This document shows, piece after piece, positions 27,802 through 36,776 of a stretch of DNA of 64,000 bases. Made by a program: the position numbers and the translations under genes. The stretch lies in the NCBI GenBank assembly GCA_043800705.1, contig JAZDMS010000003.1, positions 21,540 through 85,539 of the forward strand, given 5' to 3'. The stretch is from Candidatus Altiarchaeota archaeon (GTDB taxonomy: Archaea > Altiarchaeota > Altiarchaeia > IMC4 > SCGC-AAA252-I15). Each line of letters opens with the position of its first letter. Within the stretch, counting starts at the first letter, position 1. Below the pieces are notes generated by a model that worked only from the letters and a program-made list of their open reading frames with translations, searched no databases and was not told the origin of the DNA.

Positions 27802-28665
27802 ATGGACTACGAAATCCCCCTCCTAGCTGCGGTAGACCGCGGCTCAGGGTGGATGAGCTTCAGGTTCGGCATCCCGGAAGGCTACTCGTTCAAGGCGGGG
27901 CAGTTCGCGATGTGGCGCCTCGGGGAGGGGCTCATGAAGCCGTTCACGATCAGCAATTCCCCGACCGAGGGGGGATTCCTGGAGTTCACGACGAAGATGT
28001 CCGGCTCGGACTACAAGAAAAGGCTCTCGGCCCTCAGGCCGGGCGACAAGGTCAGGCTGTCGCAGCCTTTGGGCAAGTTCACGTACCTCGGCCAGAAGAA
28101 GATGGCGTTCCTGGCGGGCGGCGTCGGCATCACCCCCTTCCGGAGCATCATCAGATACCTGTCCGACACAGGGGCCGACTGTGACGTGATCCTCGTCTGG
28201 GGGGTCAGGTCGATGGATGAGGCGGTGTTCAGGGACGAATTCGAAAGTCTACAGTCCTCAGTCTACAGTCCTCAGTCTACGGTTTTCAGTCCTCAGTCCT
28301 CAGTCTTGATGAAGACGGAAGACCGAAGACGGAAGACCGAGGACGGGAGACCGAAGACGGAAGACCGGGGGCCGGAGACCGCAGACCGCAGACCGCAGAC
28401 CGGGGACAGGGGGCCGGGGACTGAAGACTTCCAAAATGGCCGAAGACTGAAGACCGTATACGTTCCGACTAATCCGCCAGCGGGATGGGCCGGCAGGAGC
28501 GGGTTCATCGATGTGGCATGCATCGCCGAAGAGGTCCCGGATTACGCCGGCCGCGTCTTCTACGTGTGCGGGCCGCCGAAGATGGTGGAGGCCATGACGA
28601 AGGTCCTCTCGGAGCTGGGGATAACGGGCGAAAGGCTGGTCGTCGAACAGTTCAGCGGATATTGA
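27802..28665 (+). CDS. FNR-like FAD/NAD(P)H oxidoreductase with ~60-aa repeat-derived insertion
   Basis: FKAGQF, KPFTISNSP, AGGVGITPFRS, YVCGPPKMV. Confidence 0.9.
   Translation: MDYEIPLLAAVDRGSGWMSFRFGIPEGYSFKAGQFAMWRLGEGLMKPFTISNSPTEGGFLEFTTKMSGSDYKKRLSALRPGDKVRLSQPLGKFTYLGQKKMAFLAGGVGITPFRSIIRYLSDTGADCDVILVWGVRSMDEAVFRDEFESLQSSVYSPQSTVFSPQSSVLMKTEDRRRKTEDGRPKTEDRGPETADRRPQTGDRGPGTEDFQNGRRLKTVYVPTNPPAGWAGRSGFIDVACIAEEVPDYAGRVFYVCGPPKMVEAMTKVLSELGITGERLVVEQFSGY
28245..28429. repeat. Head-to-head heptamer array, copy B, in-frame in the FNR gene
   Basis: 9 CRGTYYW units (28245-28307), GAT, 17 GRRGACN-like units (28311-28429). Confidence 0.92.
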
Positions 28666-28699
28666 GAGGCTATTAATCACCTTTCATTAAATAATTAGG

Positions 28700-29206
28700 A
28701 TGGAATCCAAACCCGTAGTGATCTCTGGGGACGAGGTGACCCACCTGACGAAGGGGCTGGCGCACCTTCGGCAAAAGCGCACCGATGATGCTATTACGGA
28801 GTTCAAGCGCATCATCGAACTTAATCCGAAAAACTTCCAGGCGCACTTCCTCCTCGGAAACGCACACCTCTACAAGGGGGAGATGGAAAAGGCCCTGTCG
28901 GAATACGGGAAGACCGTCGAATTGGACAAAAAACACGTCGAAGCCCTGCACAACATCGGCGTCATACTGCTCGATCGCGGAAAAAAGGACGACGCCAAGG
29001 CGAAGTTCAACGAAGTCCTCAAGCTCAACCCGAAGCACGTCGAGGCATACAGCAACATCGGCCTCATCCTCTGCAACGAAGGAGACTATGCCGAAGGGGT
29101 CAAGAACTTCGAGAAGGCCTTGAAGATAGACCCCGATAGGCCGATAATACGGTCGAATCTGGAGATCGCGAAAAAGGGCAAAGCCAAGGCGAATAAGAAA
29201 AAGTAG
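28700..29206 (+). CDS. TPR-repeat protein
   Basis: About four 34-aa TPR units. Confidence 0.92.
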   Translation: MESKPVVISGDEVTHLTKGLAHLRQKRTDDAITEFKRIIELNPKNFQAHFLLGNAHLYKGEMEKALSEYGKTVELDKKHVEALHNIGVILLDRGKKDDAKAKFNEVLKLNPKHVEAYSNIGLILCNEGDYAEGVKNFEKALKIDPDRPIIRSNLEIAKKGKAKANKKK

Positions 29207-29211
29207 GGGTG

Positions 29212-30432
29212 TTAGGTCCTCAGATCGTAATATGTCGCCTTCTTCACTTCGACCTCACTGCATTCTCCAATCTTTCCGCCTTTAACTATTATCGGCTTGT
29301 ACCACTCGTTCCTCCCCGTGAAGGTGCCGTCGGTGTTCTTCTCCGAAAGAATGACTTCCCCCTCCCATCCGACCCATCTCTTGTTCCTCTCCAAGCCCGC
29401 CTTCTTGAAGGCCTCGCCGACGATCCTGCTTCGCCGCTTGACCTCCGCCCCCGGCAGCTGCTTCAGGTTTGCCGCCGACGTATCGGGGCGCGGCCAGTAT
29501 CTCGTCGAGTTCAGCACGTCCGGTTTTATCTCTTCCAGCAGGTCTATGGTGTTCTGGAACGCCTCTTCCCCCTCGGTCGGGTAGCCGACGATAACGTCGG
29601 TAGAAAGCGTGGTGTTATGCTTCCTGAACGCCTCCACCACCTCCTTGAACTCGTCGACGGTGTATCTGCGGTTCATGTCCCTGAGGACTCTGTCGTCGCC
29701 GCTTTGGACCGGCAGGTGCAGGAACTTGTAGATTTTACGGTGTCCGTATGCCTCGACTATCTCATCTAACATACTCAGTGCGAGGTCGGGGTTCATCATG
29801 CCGACGCGGATCCTGAACTCGCCATCGACGTCGGTCAGGGAATCCAAGAGCTCAGGCAGGCTTGTCCCGGTGTCGGCGCCGTAGGCTCCGGTGTCCTGTG
29901 CGGTGACCCATATCTCTTTGACGCCGTCGCGGACCATGTCCTCGGCCTCCTTCTTCAGCTTCCTTTGCGGATACGACCTCAGCCTCCCCCTGGCGTTCTT
30001 CGTCTGGCAGAAGCTGCAGCCGCCGAGGCATCCTTCGGCGATAGGCAATATCCCGACGATGGGATTCAGCCTGTTTCGCGGAAGGCATGATTTGTCGCCT
30101 GATTCAGCGATGTTCACGTATCTGCCGCCCGATCCCGCCGCCTTCACGGCTTCGACGACGTCCTTCACGTTGACTCCGATGAAGCTGAACGCCGAGAACT
30201 CTTCCGCAACCTGCGGCCTTGCGGCAGGTATGCATCCTGCGACGACGACTTTCCGGTTTTCGGTTTCCAGTTTTCGGAGGAGTCTCAGGATCTTCGTCTC
30301 CGTCGGGGATTTCACGGTGCACGTATTGACCACGGTGACGTCCGCCAAGTCGAGGCCGGATTCCACAAGAAGGCCCTTTATCATCTCGGATTCGGCCTGG
30401 GCTACGGCGCAGCCGAAGGTGATGACGTCCAT
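29212..30432 (-). CDS. tRNA t6A37 methylthiotransferase (archaeal MiaB-like/MtaB type)
   Basis: TFGC, NTCTVK, AGC cysteines; GCLGGCSFC radical SAM motif; HLPVQSG; C-terminal TRAM. Confidence 0.92.
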   Translation of the reverse strand: MDVITFGCAVAQAESEMIKGLLVESGLDLADVTVVNTCTVKSPTETKILRLLRKLETENRKVVVAGCIPAARPQVAEEFSAFSFIGVNVKDVVEAVKAAGSGGRYVNIAESGDKSCLPRNRLNPIVGILPIAEGCLGGCSFCQTKNARGRLRSYPQRKLKKEAEDMVRDGVKEIWVTAQDTGAYGADTGTSLPELLDSLTDVDGEFRIRVGMMNPDLALSMLDEIVEAYGHRKIYKFLHLPVQSGDDRVLRDMNRRYTVDEFKEVVEAFRKHNTTLSTDVIVGYPTEGEEAFQNTIDLLEEIKPDVLNSTRYWPRPDTSAANLKQLPGAEVKRRSRIVGEAFKKAGLERNKRWVGWEGEVILSEKNTDGTFTGRNEWYKPIIVKGGKIGECSEVEVKKATYYDLRT

Positions 30433-30494
30433 GGACTACCTTAGGGCATAGCGGATTAAAGGGATATTTATGCCGCCGATTCCCGAATCTAATC

Positions 30495-31217
30495 GTGTCG
30501 AACATAATCCAGCCTCCTCAGAATGGCGGAGGATACCGACGTGGGGAGTCGCCTGTAGACTCAATCTCCCCCGCCCAGGCAGGCGGCTCAGAAATCGTCG
30601 CATTCACCCTTTTCAAGACGTGCTACCGCCTCGGCTTCAGGTCTTCCTCAAAGGGGACTGAATACTTCGCTGAACGCGATGAGGGGGGGAAATGGATGCC
30701 TCTGATGCCGGATCAGTTCAACACCCTCGAGAAGAACCTCACCGACGAGATGAAGATGATGGGGCGGGGTAGGGACTCAACTAGGCTTGAATTCGAAGGC
30801 CCATATGACATATTCCAGGCAAGATTGGAGGCCTTGTTGGGCAGGCATGCGAGGCACATACAACAGGCACTCGGAGAGAGGCCTGAGGCGAAGGACATGC
30901 GTAACGTCGTTGGTCCGATGATGCGGGCGGGGCTGACTCGAGCCCTATCGAGTGCTGGGTTCGACATGGACACCTCAGGCATAATGGGTTCTATGGACGA
31001 GGCGGTGGCGAGGGAATGGCTAGGCGTCGCAGAGCGCCAGTATCCGACTGATACACAGATGTTCGGCGCCAGGGTGTGCGTCCTCACCGCGGTGCAGGAT
31101 TATGCCACCTCCAAGCTGAATGACCAACAGAACCCCCCGACAATGCAGGACATCGCGGCATGGCTAAAAGACACGAAAACCGCTGAAGAAACCCTCAAAC
31201 GGCTAAACAGCAAATAA
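30495..31217 (+). CDS. Hypothetical protein
   Basis: 240-aa ORF, GTG start, no recognised family. Confidence 0.6.
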   Translation: MSNIIQPPQNGGGYRRGESPVDSISPAQAGGSEIVAFTLFKTCYRLGFRSSSKGTEYFAERDEGGKWMPLMPDQFNTLEKNLTDEMKMMGRGRDSTRLEFEGPYDIFQARLEALLGRHARHIQQALGERPEAKDMRNVVGPMMRAGLTRALSSAGFDMDTSGIMGSMDEAVAREWLGVAERQYPTDTQMFGARVCVLTAVQDYATSKLNDQQNPPTMQDIAAWLKDTKTAEETLKRLNSK

Positions 31218-31285
31218 TGGATGGTATTGGGTGTAATACTAGCTTCTAATCCCCCCTTTTTTATTCCCTTCTTTCGGGTTCATCC

Positions 31286-31705
31286 ATGATGAAATGGTTG
31301 GTCGCATTAATCATCCTGGCATCTGGCTGCCTGAGCCAGACAATTACAGAGAAATTCGTCTGCTCAGACGGCTGGGTCGCCGACTCCCCTGACGGGTGCG
31401 TCGGCCATACGCCGCCATGCCCAAACTGCACCTGCAAGGCTCCGGCCTGCCCGAAGTGCGAGTCAGTGGCGAAGATAGTCTATGTGAACGTATCTTCCCT
31501 CCCCTCTGCCGACGCTTCATGCGCATCCCTCGGCTGCCCGCCGGGGACGGAATACGTGTCGAGCAAGTCGAGCGGCAAATACCACGCCTGCGGCTGCCGC
31601 TTCGCGGAAGCCCTCTCAAAGAAGAACCTCATATGCTACCCAAGCGCGGAAGAGGCGCAAGCCGCCGGCAAACTGCCATGCGGCATATGCGCAGTATCGC
31701 TCTAA
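31286..31705 (+). CDS. Cys-rich lipoprotein-like protein with Ada-type metal-binding C-terminal domain
   Basis: LASGC lipobox; YVSSKSSGKYHACGC...EEAQAAGKLPCGIC. Confidence 0.75.
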   Translation: MMKWLVALIILASGCLSQTITEKFVCSDGWVADSPDGCVGHTPPCPNCTCKAPACPKCESVAKIVYVNVSSLPSADASCASLGCPPGTEYVSSKSSGKYHACGCRFAEALSKKNLICYPSAEEAQAAGKLPCGICAVSL

Positions 31706-31721
31706 CACGGAGGTGAAACAC

Positions 31722-31907
31722 ATGGCAAAGGGAAAAATGCCGGACTATGTCGCGTCGACTGTAGTCAACGACAAGGAATCCGGCAAGGACAGATGGACCC
31801 AGATAGGCGTCGCATTCAAGAACCAGGACAGCATAACCGTCCTCGTCGACGCCGTACCGGTCAACGGGAAGGTAATCCTGAGGCAGCCGAAGAAGAAGGA
31901 GACGTGA
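31722..31907 (+). CDS. Small beta-rich protein (DUF736-like, possibly ssDNA-binding)
   Basis: RWTQIGVAFKN..SITVLVDAVPVNG; GGAGGTGA ribosome-binding site. Confidence 0.65.
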   Translation: MAKGKMPDYVASTVVNDKESGKDRWTQIGVAFKNQDSITVLVDAVPVNGKVILRQPKKKET

Positions 31908-31908
31908 C

Positions 31909-31940
31909 GGCCGGCTGTAGACTGGCCGGCCTTTTTTTTT
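31909..31940 (+). terminator. GC hairpin plus T9 tract
   Basis: GGCCGGC...GCCGGCC followed by TTTTTTTTT directly after the stop. Confidence 0.75.
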
Positions 31941-31975
31941 AACCGCATTGGGCGGTCCAGGGCCCATCGAGGCAA

Positions 31976-32677
31976 TCAATATGCGACACAACCGGTCATC
32001 TCCCCGTTTTCTGCCTTCCGGGTTACGCTGCCGGAAACATTCATCTCATAGGGTATCGCTATCTGGAGCGTGTATGCATGGTCCGGTTCCAATCTTTGGC
32101 AGCCGGTTGCGTTTATCCAGAATTCCGCACCTTGCGGGGCATTCTCCCGCTCAACGATGTAATCCGTGCAAGGGCTTTCCCCAGATATGGACAGCTCATC
32201 CGCGATTATCCTTATCCTGGCGCCCGCTCCGTTCGTGAAGATGCATGAAAAAGTGCCGTTCTGCGACAAAATAAGGTGCTGCAGCTGGGGTTTGATACGG
32301 ACAAACCCCTGGTACCTCGCGCTTCCCCTGCACAAATGGCTTTCAGGCTCGATGACGAAAAAATACCCGAGGAGCGTGCACAGAATCGCCAAGGCTAAGA
32401 AGGTGCGCCAGCCGCCTTTCCCCCTGGCAGGTAGCGATGCCATAAGGGCCCAGATGAAGCCGTTGAATGCTGCCATGAAAAAAACCACAGTAAAGCCCCC
32501 GAAGATTATCATATCTGCCTCGTAAGGCAGTTTGGTGAGGATATGCCAGGTGAATATACCCCCCGAAAACAATAGATTCAGATCATACGGGTATCCCAGA
32601 ATGCCGACTGCGACAATCGAAGACAGGAAACCGAACAAGAAGCCTAAAAAAATAACGGTAGTATGTTTTCCTTTCAT
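31976..32677 (-). CDS. Membrane protein with C-terminal pilin-like globular domain
   Basis: About 4 TM, then GFVRIKPQL...FTNGAGARIRI; similar to GFTTIKPVL of the 62857 gene. Confidence 0.65.
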   Translation of the reverse strand: MKGKHTTVIFLGFLFGFLSSIVAVGILGYPYDLNLLFSGGIFTWHILTKLPYEADMIIFGGFTVVFFMAAFNGFIWALMASLPARGKGGWRTFLALAILCTLLGYFFVIEPESHLCRGSARYQGFVRIKPQLQHLILSQNGTFSCIFTNGAGARIRIIADELSISGESPCTDYIVERENAPQGAEFWINATGCQRLEPDHAYTLQIAIPYEMNVSGSVTRKAENGEMTGCVAY

Positions 32678-32715
32678 GTGCTTTTTATTTATTTAATCCC
32701 CCATAAAAGGAGGGC

Positions 32716-32901
32716 ATGGTCAGCACATTCGCGGCAAGGAAGTTGAAATTCGACCTAGTCGCAATGTGTGTGTTGGCGGTCATCGTTGGTGCGGCAACGC
32801 TGTTCAATGATACCAATGTAAACATTGCCTTTCCGTATTTAATCGTGGCATTTGTCGTCGTTATCCTTTTTCTGAGGATAAAGTACCTGTTCTTCAATTG
32901 A
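32716..32901 (+). CDS. Small two-TM protein
   Basis: 61 aa, AGGAGGG upstream of ATG. Confidence 0.5.
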   Translation: MVSTFAARKLKFDLVAMCVLAVIVGAATLFNDTNVNIAFPYLIVAFVVVILFLRIKYLFFN

Positions 32902-33160
32902 AACGTGATAGGCCATGTCCATCGCCGCCTGGGGGCAGTTCAGTTTTCCCATGCTCTTGGCATCTCTGTTTTAAGGCGGTCTCTTATCCCTTATCATCCG
33001 GTGCTGTGCGCACCGAACCACCCCCTGCGGTGAGTCAAATATGGCCGCGGGGGATTCGTCCCCCCGGCCGTCCACCTTCAAGGTTCAGCTCCTAAATAGT
33101 TAAAGGCGGCTTGACGGCTAGTAGCGGATGATCCTGCGGTCTATCTTCTAGGGGATATCC

Positions 33161-33721
33161 TCACTTCGTCTCAGGGCTTTTTGGCAGAGGCAGGCCTTGC
33201 TGGTTTTCCCGGAGTTTTTGTTCGAAAATCCTCTGTGCCTTGGGTATGGCGGTGAATACCTTTATGTCCCGCCAGGTATCCAAGACTGCGGAGGCCATGG
33301 CCAAAAGGCGGTCGGAGCCGTCCTCTGTGACTTGCGCCTCCTCAAGCACCCTGTTCCAATAGCCTCCAAGGTCGTTTAAATCGGCTTTGGGGACCGGCTG
33401 AAGCGTATCTATTTTTCCGTTAAGAAAATCATGGGTTTCGGAGACGGCCTCTGTTATCTGGTTTTCGGTTGTGCTCTGAAGCGCGACCCTGTCGAAGAAT
33501 CCCCTCCTGTGGATGTTGCCTTCGACTCTGCCGACGAGGCCTATCACGCTCTTTGGCATGGCAGCCCTCACCTCCCGGCCGGCCTGCTCGAGGGTTTCAG
33601 GGTAGTGTGCGCCTAAACAGACATGGATTTCTTTAAGGTTGTGTCCGCCTCCTTCAAACCTGATTTCCGGAATCGGAGGATACTGTGAGCCTCCTCGCTT
33701 GGCTGAAACGACTTGTTCCAT
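33161..33721 (-). CDS. Hypothetical protein
   Basis: Likely start ATG 33721 (MEQVVSAK), which avoids overlap with the divergent gene. Confidence 0.55.
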   Translation of the reverse strand: MEQVVSAKRGGSQYPPIPEIRFEGGGHNLKEIHVCLGAHYPETLEQAGREVRAAMPKSVIGLVGRVEGNIHRRGFFDRVALQSTTENQITEAVSETHDFLNGKIDTLQPVPKADLNDLGGYWNRVLEEAQVTEDGSDRLLAMASAVLDTWRDIKVFTAIPKAQRIFEQKLRENQQGLPLPKSPETK

Positions 33722-33798
33722 GTTAAAATGAGGGCAGTCAGCTAATAAAAGCGAGTATACCCAAGTTTTAACCAACAATCCGGAAGAGGGGTCTACAT

Positions 33799-36660
33799 AT
33801 GTCAAATCCACCGATTGAATCCGTCCTCGCGAGGGGCGTAGGGATAAACTCGGACCTGGTGGGTCAAGTCGGCACACTCCCTCTGAGGCAGCCAGTGTGG
33901 GCGCATTCTATCGCAGACCTTGACATGAGGCTGGCTGGCGGGGATCCGCCGAGGCCGACGCTGGGAGTCCTGTCTGAATATATCAACAGTAGAGACGACC
34001 TTGAGGCTTTCATCGGGTCGAAGCATGCATCGAGAATAGGGCGCTTTAAGGCCATGGTGTACAACGCATACGGTAACCTTGAAGGGTTGATTCCAAGGAA
34101 GAGACAGGTCTTTGAGGAGTATGTCCGGGGACTCTATGGCTCATCAGTCCAGCCTGGCAGGTCCCTGCTGGACTCGGTGACAAACAATATGGGCCTCGCT
34201 TCCGCAATAGGGGCGGAATACAGCACCGATTCCATCGCATGCAAGCTCTTGGAGCACGGGCTTGTAGACTGGCGGGCGCCCAAGGCGCTAAGGAGCGGTA
34301 GAGGCGGTGGGATGTCGAGGCACCTGAGTTTGAAGATGATGTCAGCCGGTCAGACAGCGGCTAACGGCAGAAGAAGACTGAAGGAGAATCTTAAATCATA
34401 CATTGATGACGTCGGAGTCCGGACGTTGGATGACTTAAACATGCGCAACGGGGTGGGAAAGGGCATTGCTGATGATGCAGGCACCGCAGAGAACCACATA
34501 AAGGGCATCGGTAGGGCCGTCTACTCCCTGGCAGGCCAGCAGGTGAATGGGGGCAAGCCAAGCCCGCTGGATGCTGCGAGGCTTTGCGTCGAGCACGGAC
34601 TCCTGGACTGGCGCATGCCGTCGGATTTCTCCCCAACCAACCGGCAGACGAAATACCTTAACCCGGAAGTCCTGCGCGGCGGCGAGGCCATCGAGGTAGG
34701 CCGGGAAAGGGCACTTGCGAACCTCGGATTCTACATTAAAAGCATCATCGGAGTCGAGTCGTTGGACGGCCTGAGCCAATCGGAAAAGCACGGGGTCTCG
34801 CTTCGCGGCATAGCATCGGCGTTCGGGAGGATAGATGGCGGCCAAAAGCCGGACTACAGCCCCGACCTTGTCGCCAGGGAATGCATAAGCCACGGCATAT
34901 TCTCCGCACAATTGCCAGAACTCAACTATCTTTCCACCGTCCCTGGCATCCAGAGCAAATACCTCCGGCCGGAGGTTGTGGGCAAGCAGCAGGCTGTGTC
35001 CAACCTGAAGCAACATGTTCAGGAGACTTACCCGGATATCGACAGCCTACTTGGCATGCAGAACGACAGATACGCCCACGAGGGATTCGCGCTGAAACTA
35101 AGGCAGGTGGGCCTTTGGCCGCGGGGACTTCCTGTGGCTCTTGACGCTGTCAGGGGCGAGATTGAACGGCTGGGCTGGCTGGAATATTCGACGGCTGAGA
35201 TTCCCTGTTTCAGGCCGTATTTTTCGCACGTGCTCCCGCCGGCCTTCAGGCATTCCCGCAAGGGGGGTGGGTCGGGTAGGTCAGCGGATCCGGAGGGGTC
35301 TGATGGTCAGAGGGGAGTGACGACGTTCGTCAAAGGCGAGGCCTTCGAGCAGCTGGTCGGGGTGTTTCTGGCATATGCCAACCCTGACGAGACAATAATA
35401 CCACAGTTTTGCCTGTGCGTGGACAATATTGCGGGATATTTCGGGGCCAGGGTCGACTATAAGGCGGGGGATGGCCTTTACGAGGTCAAATGGGGCGGCG
35501 CTGAGGAGAAGATAGTCGAGTCGACGGAAAAGTTCAAGGGCATGCTTACGGAATCGGAAAGGCAGAAATACCACCTGATACGGCTGGATAAGGCCAAGGG
35601 CGAATCGGGCACCCTGTTCATGGAAATGCTGGAAAAACACGTCGCCGACGACGATAGGACTGGCGACGGGTTCGTCAGGCTTGCGGCGTTGCTCTACCGC
35701 CTGGGGCAGGACTCGCATAATGTCCGCAACATCGGGCTATTGCACCATTTCAGGGATTACATGTACGGGCTGGTCGACGAATGCAATAGGCTGACCGGAG
35801 ATGCCAGGCGGGTTTTCATATCAGCCTCCATACGGAAGATGACGGTGCTGCTTCCGGAATCCATGCAGAACCAAGAGCTTGACCGTCACATGGTGGCAGG
35901 CACCAGAGTCTCCTTTTCGCCGCTCGAGGCTCATTTCGAGTATGAAGGCAAAATCCACAGGGGCTTCATCTCCCCGAAAACCCTTTCCAATGAAAGGCGC
36001 GAGCTTTATCGGATGGCAGCCAAGGTTGGTGAGAAGCAGGCCGAATACCAGAGGCAGCTTGAAGGCGCCCCGGAGTATGTCCGCACACGCTTCAGGGAAT
36101 TGCTGCCAGAGTTCATAAATTCATACAGCCCATCGAAGAAAGACGACCCGGACGGTAACGTCAGGGTCTTTCTTTCATCCGATATCTGCATGGATGTGCT
36201 ATCAGACGACGTATTCAGCCCCGAGGGCGGCCTCAGCCCGCAATCGACCCGGGAGGTTACGGATCCGAAAGAGCTGATCCTGGATCCGAGGGTGCTTGTA
36301 AGGAGGATGATTGTGGCTGGTTTGAGAAAGGACGTGTCAGCATTCAGGCATGCCGCCCAAAGGCTTCTTGACCTGTCGGAGACGCCGCCGAAGGATGGGG
36401 AACACGCCTCCGCCTGGTCTGAAGCGAGGAAACATAGGGACAGGATACGGTACATCAGGCGCGAAAGCGGCCAGTTCATCAAGGCATTGGAGGATATCTG
36501 GGGCGTATATGAGAAACTCCTTAGAGATACGACGAACGGTGTTAGGGGCGAGGTTGAGCTCGTGGGGGGCATAGCCAATATCCTTGGTGCGATGGCGTCC
36601 GATCCCAGGATAGCGAAAATGGCGGCGGCACATCGTGGAACGAACAGGTCAGCCCCGTAA
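33799..36660 (+). CDS. Large protein: N-terminal tandem repeats plus putative PD-(D/E)XK nuclease domain
   Basis: 953 aa; repeats EHGLVDW, EHGLLDW, SHGIF; KGEAFEQLV...RVDY...LYEVKW. Confidence 0.65.
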   Translation: MSNPPIESVLARGVGINSDLVGQVGTLPLRQPVWAHSIADLDMRLAGGDPPRPTLGVLSEYINSRDDLEAFIGSKHASRIGRFKAMVYNAYGNLEGLIPRKRQVFEEYVRGLYGSSVQPGRSLLDSVTNNMGLASAIGAEYSTDSIACKLLEHGLVDWRAPKALRSGRGGGMSRHLSLKMMSAGQTAANGRRRLKENLKSYIDDVGVRTLDDLNMRNGVGKGIADDAGTAENHIKGIGRAVYSLAGQQVNGGKPSPLDAARLCVEHGLLDWRMPSDFSPTNRQTKYLNPEVLRGGEAIEVGRERALANLGFYIKSIIGVESLDGLSQSEKHGVSLRGIASAFGRIDGGQKPDYSPDLVARECISHGIFSAQLPELNYLSTVPGIQSKYLRPEVVGKQQAVSNLKQHVQETYPDIDSLLGMQNDRYAHEGFALKLRQVGLWPRGLPVALDAVRGEIERLGWLEYSTAEIPCFRPYFSHVLPPAFRHSRKGGGSGRSADPEGSDGQRGVTTFVKGEAFEQLVGVFLAYANPDETIIPQFCLCVDNIAGYFGARVDYKAGDGLYEVKWGGAEEKIVESTEKFKGMLTESERQKYHLIRLDKAKGESGTLFMEMLEKHVADDDRTGDGFVRLAALLYRLGQDSHNVRNIGLLHHFRDYMYGLVDECNRLTGDARRVFISASIRKMTVLLPESMQNQELDRHMVAGTRVSFSPLEAHFEYEGKIHRGFISPKTLSNERRELYRMAAKVGEKQAEYQRQLEGAPEYVRTRFRELLPEFINSYSPSKKDDPDGNVRVFLSSDICMDVLSDDVFSPEGGLSPQSTREVTDPKELILDPRVLVRRMIVAGLRKDVSAFRHAAQRLLDLSETPPKDGEHASAWSEARKHRDRIRYIRRESGQFIKALEDIWGVYEKLLRDTTNGVRGEVELVGGIANILGAMASDPRIAKMAAAHRGTNRSAP

Positions 36661-36776
36661 TTCCTCCATGTGGCTCATCCCCCCAGCTGTCCCCAAGCCA
36701 TGCTGCGTTGCAAAAAACTGCCCCACCGATGCGACACATATCTGGTCTTATTTCGTCATGTCCCCTTTTTTATTAC

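Noticed and set aside
32905-32930. Fluoride riboswitch (minus-strand GGCGATGGAC)
   Set aside because: The downstream GCTRATGAC pseudoknot segment is absent
33040-33125. tRNA gene or RNase P RNA
   Set aside because: The minus-strand GGGGGACGAATCCCC lacks TTC and a cloverleaf; AAGGCGGCTT resembles the RNase P 3' motif but the 5' GAGGAA motif is missing
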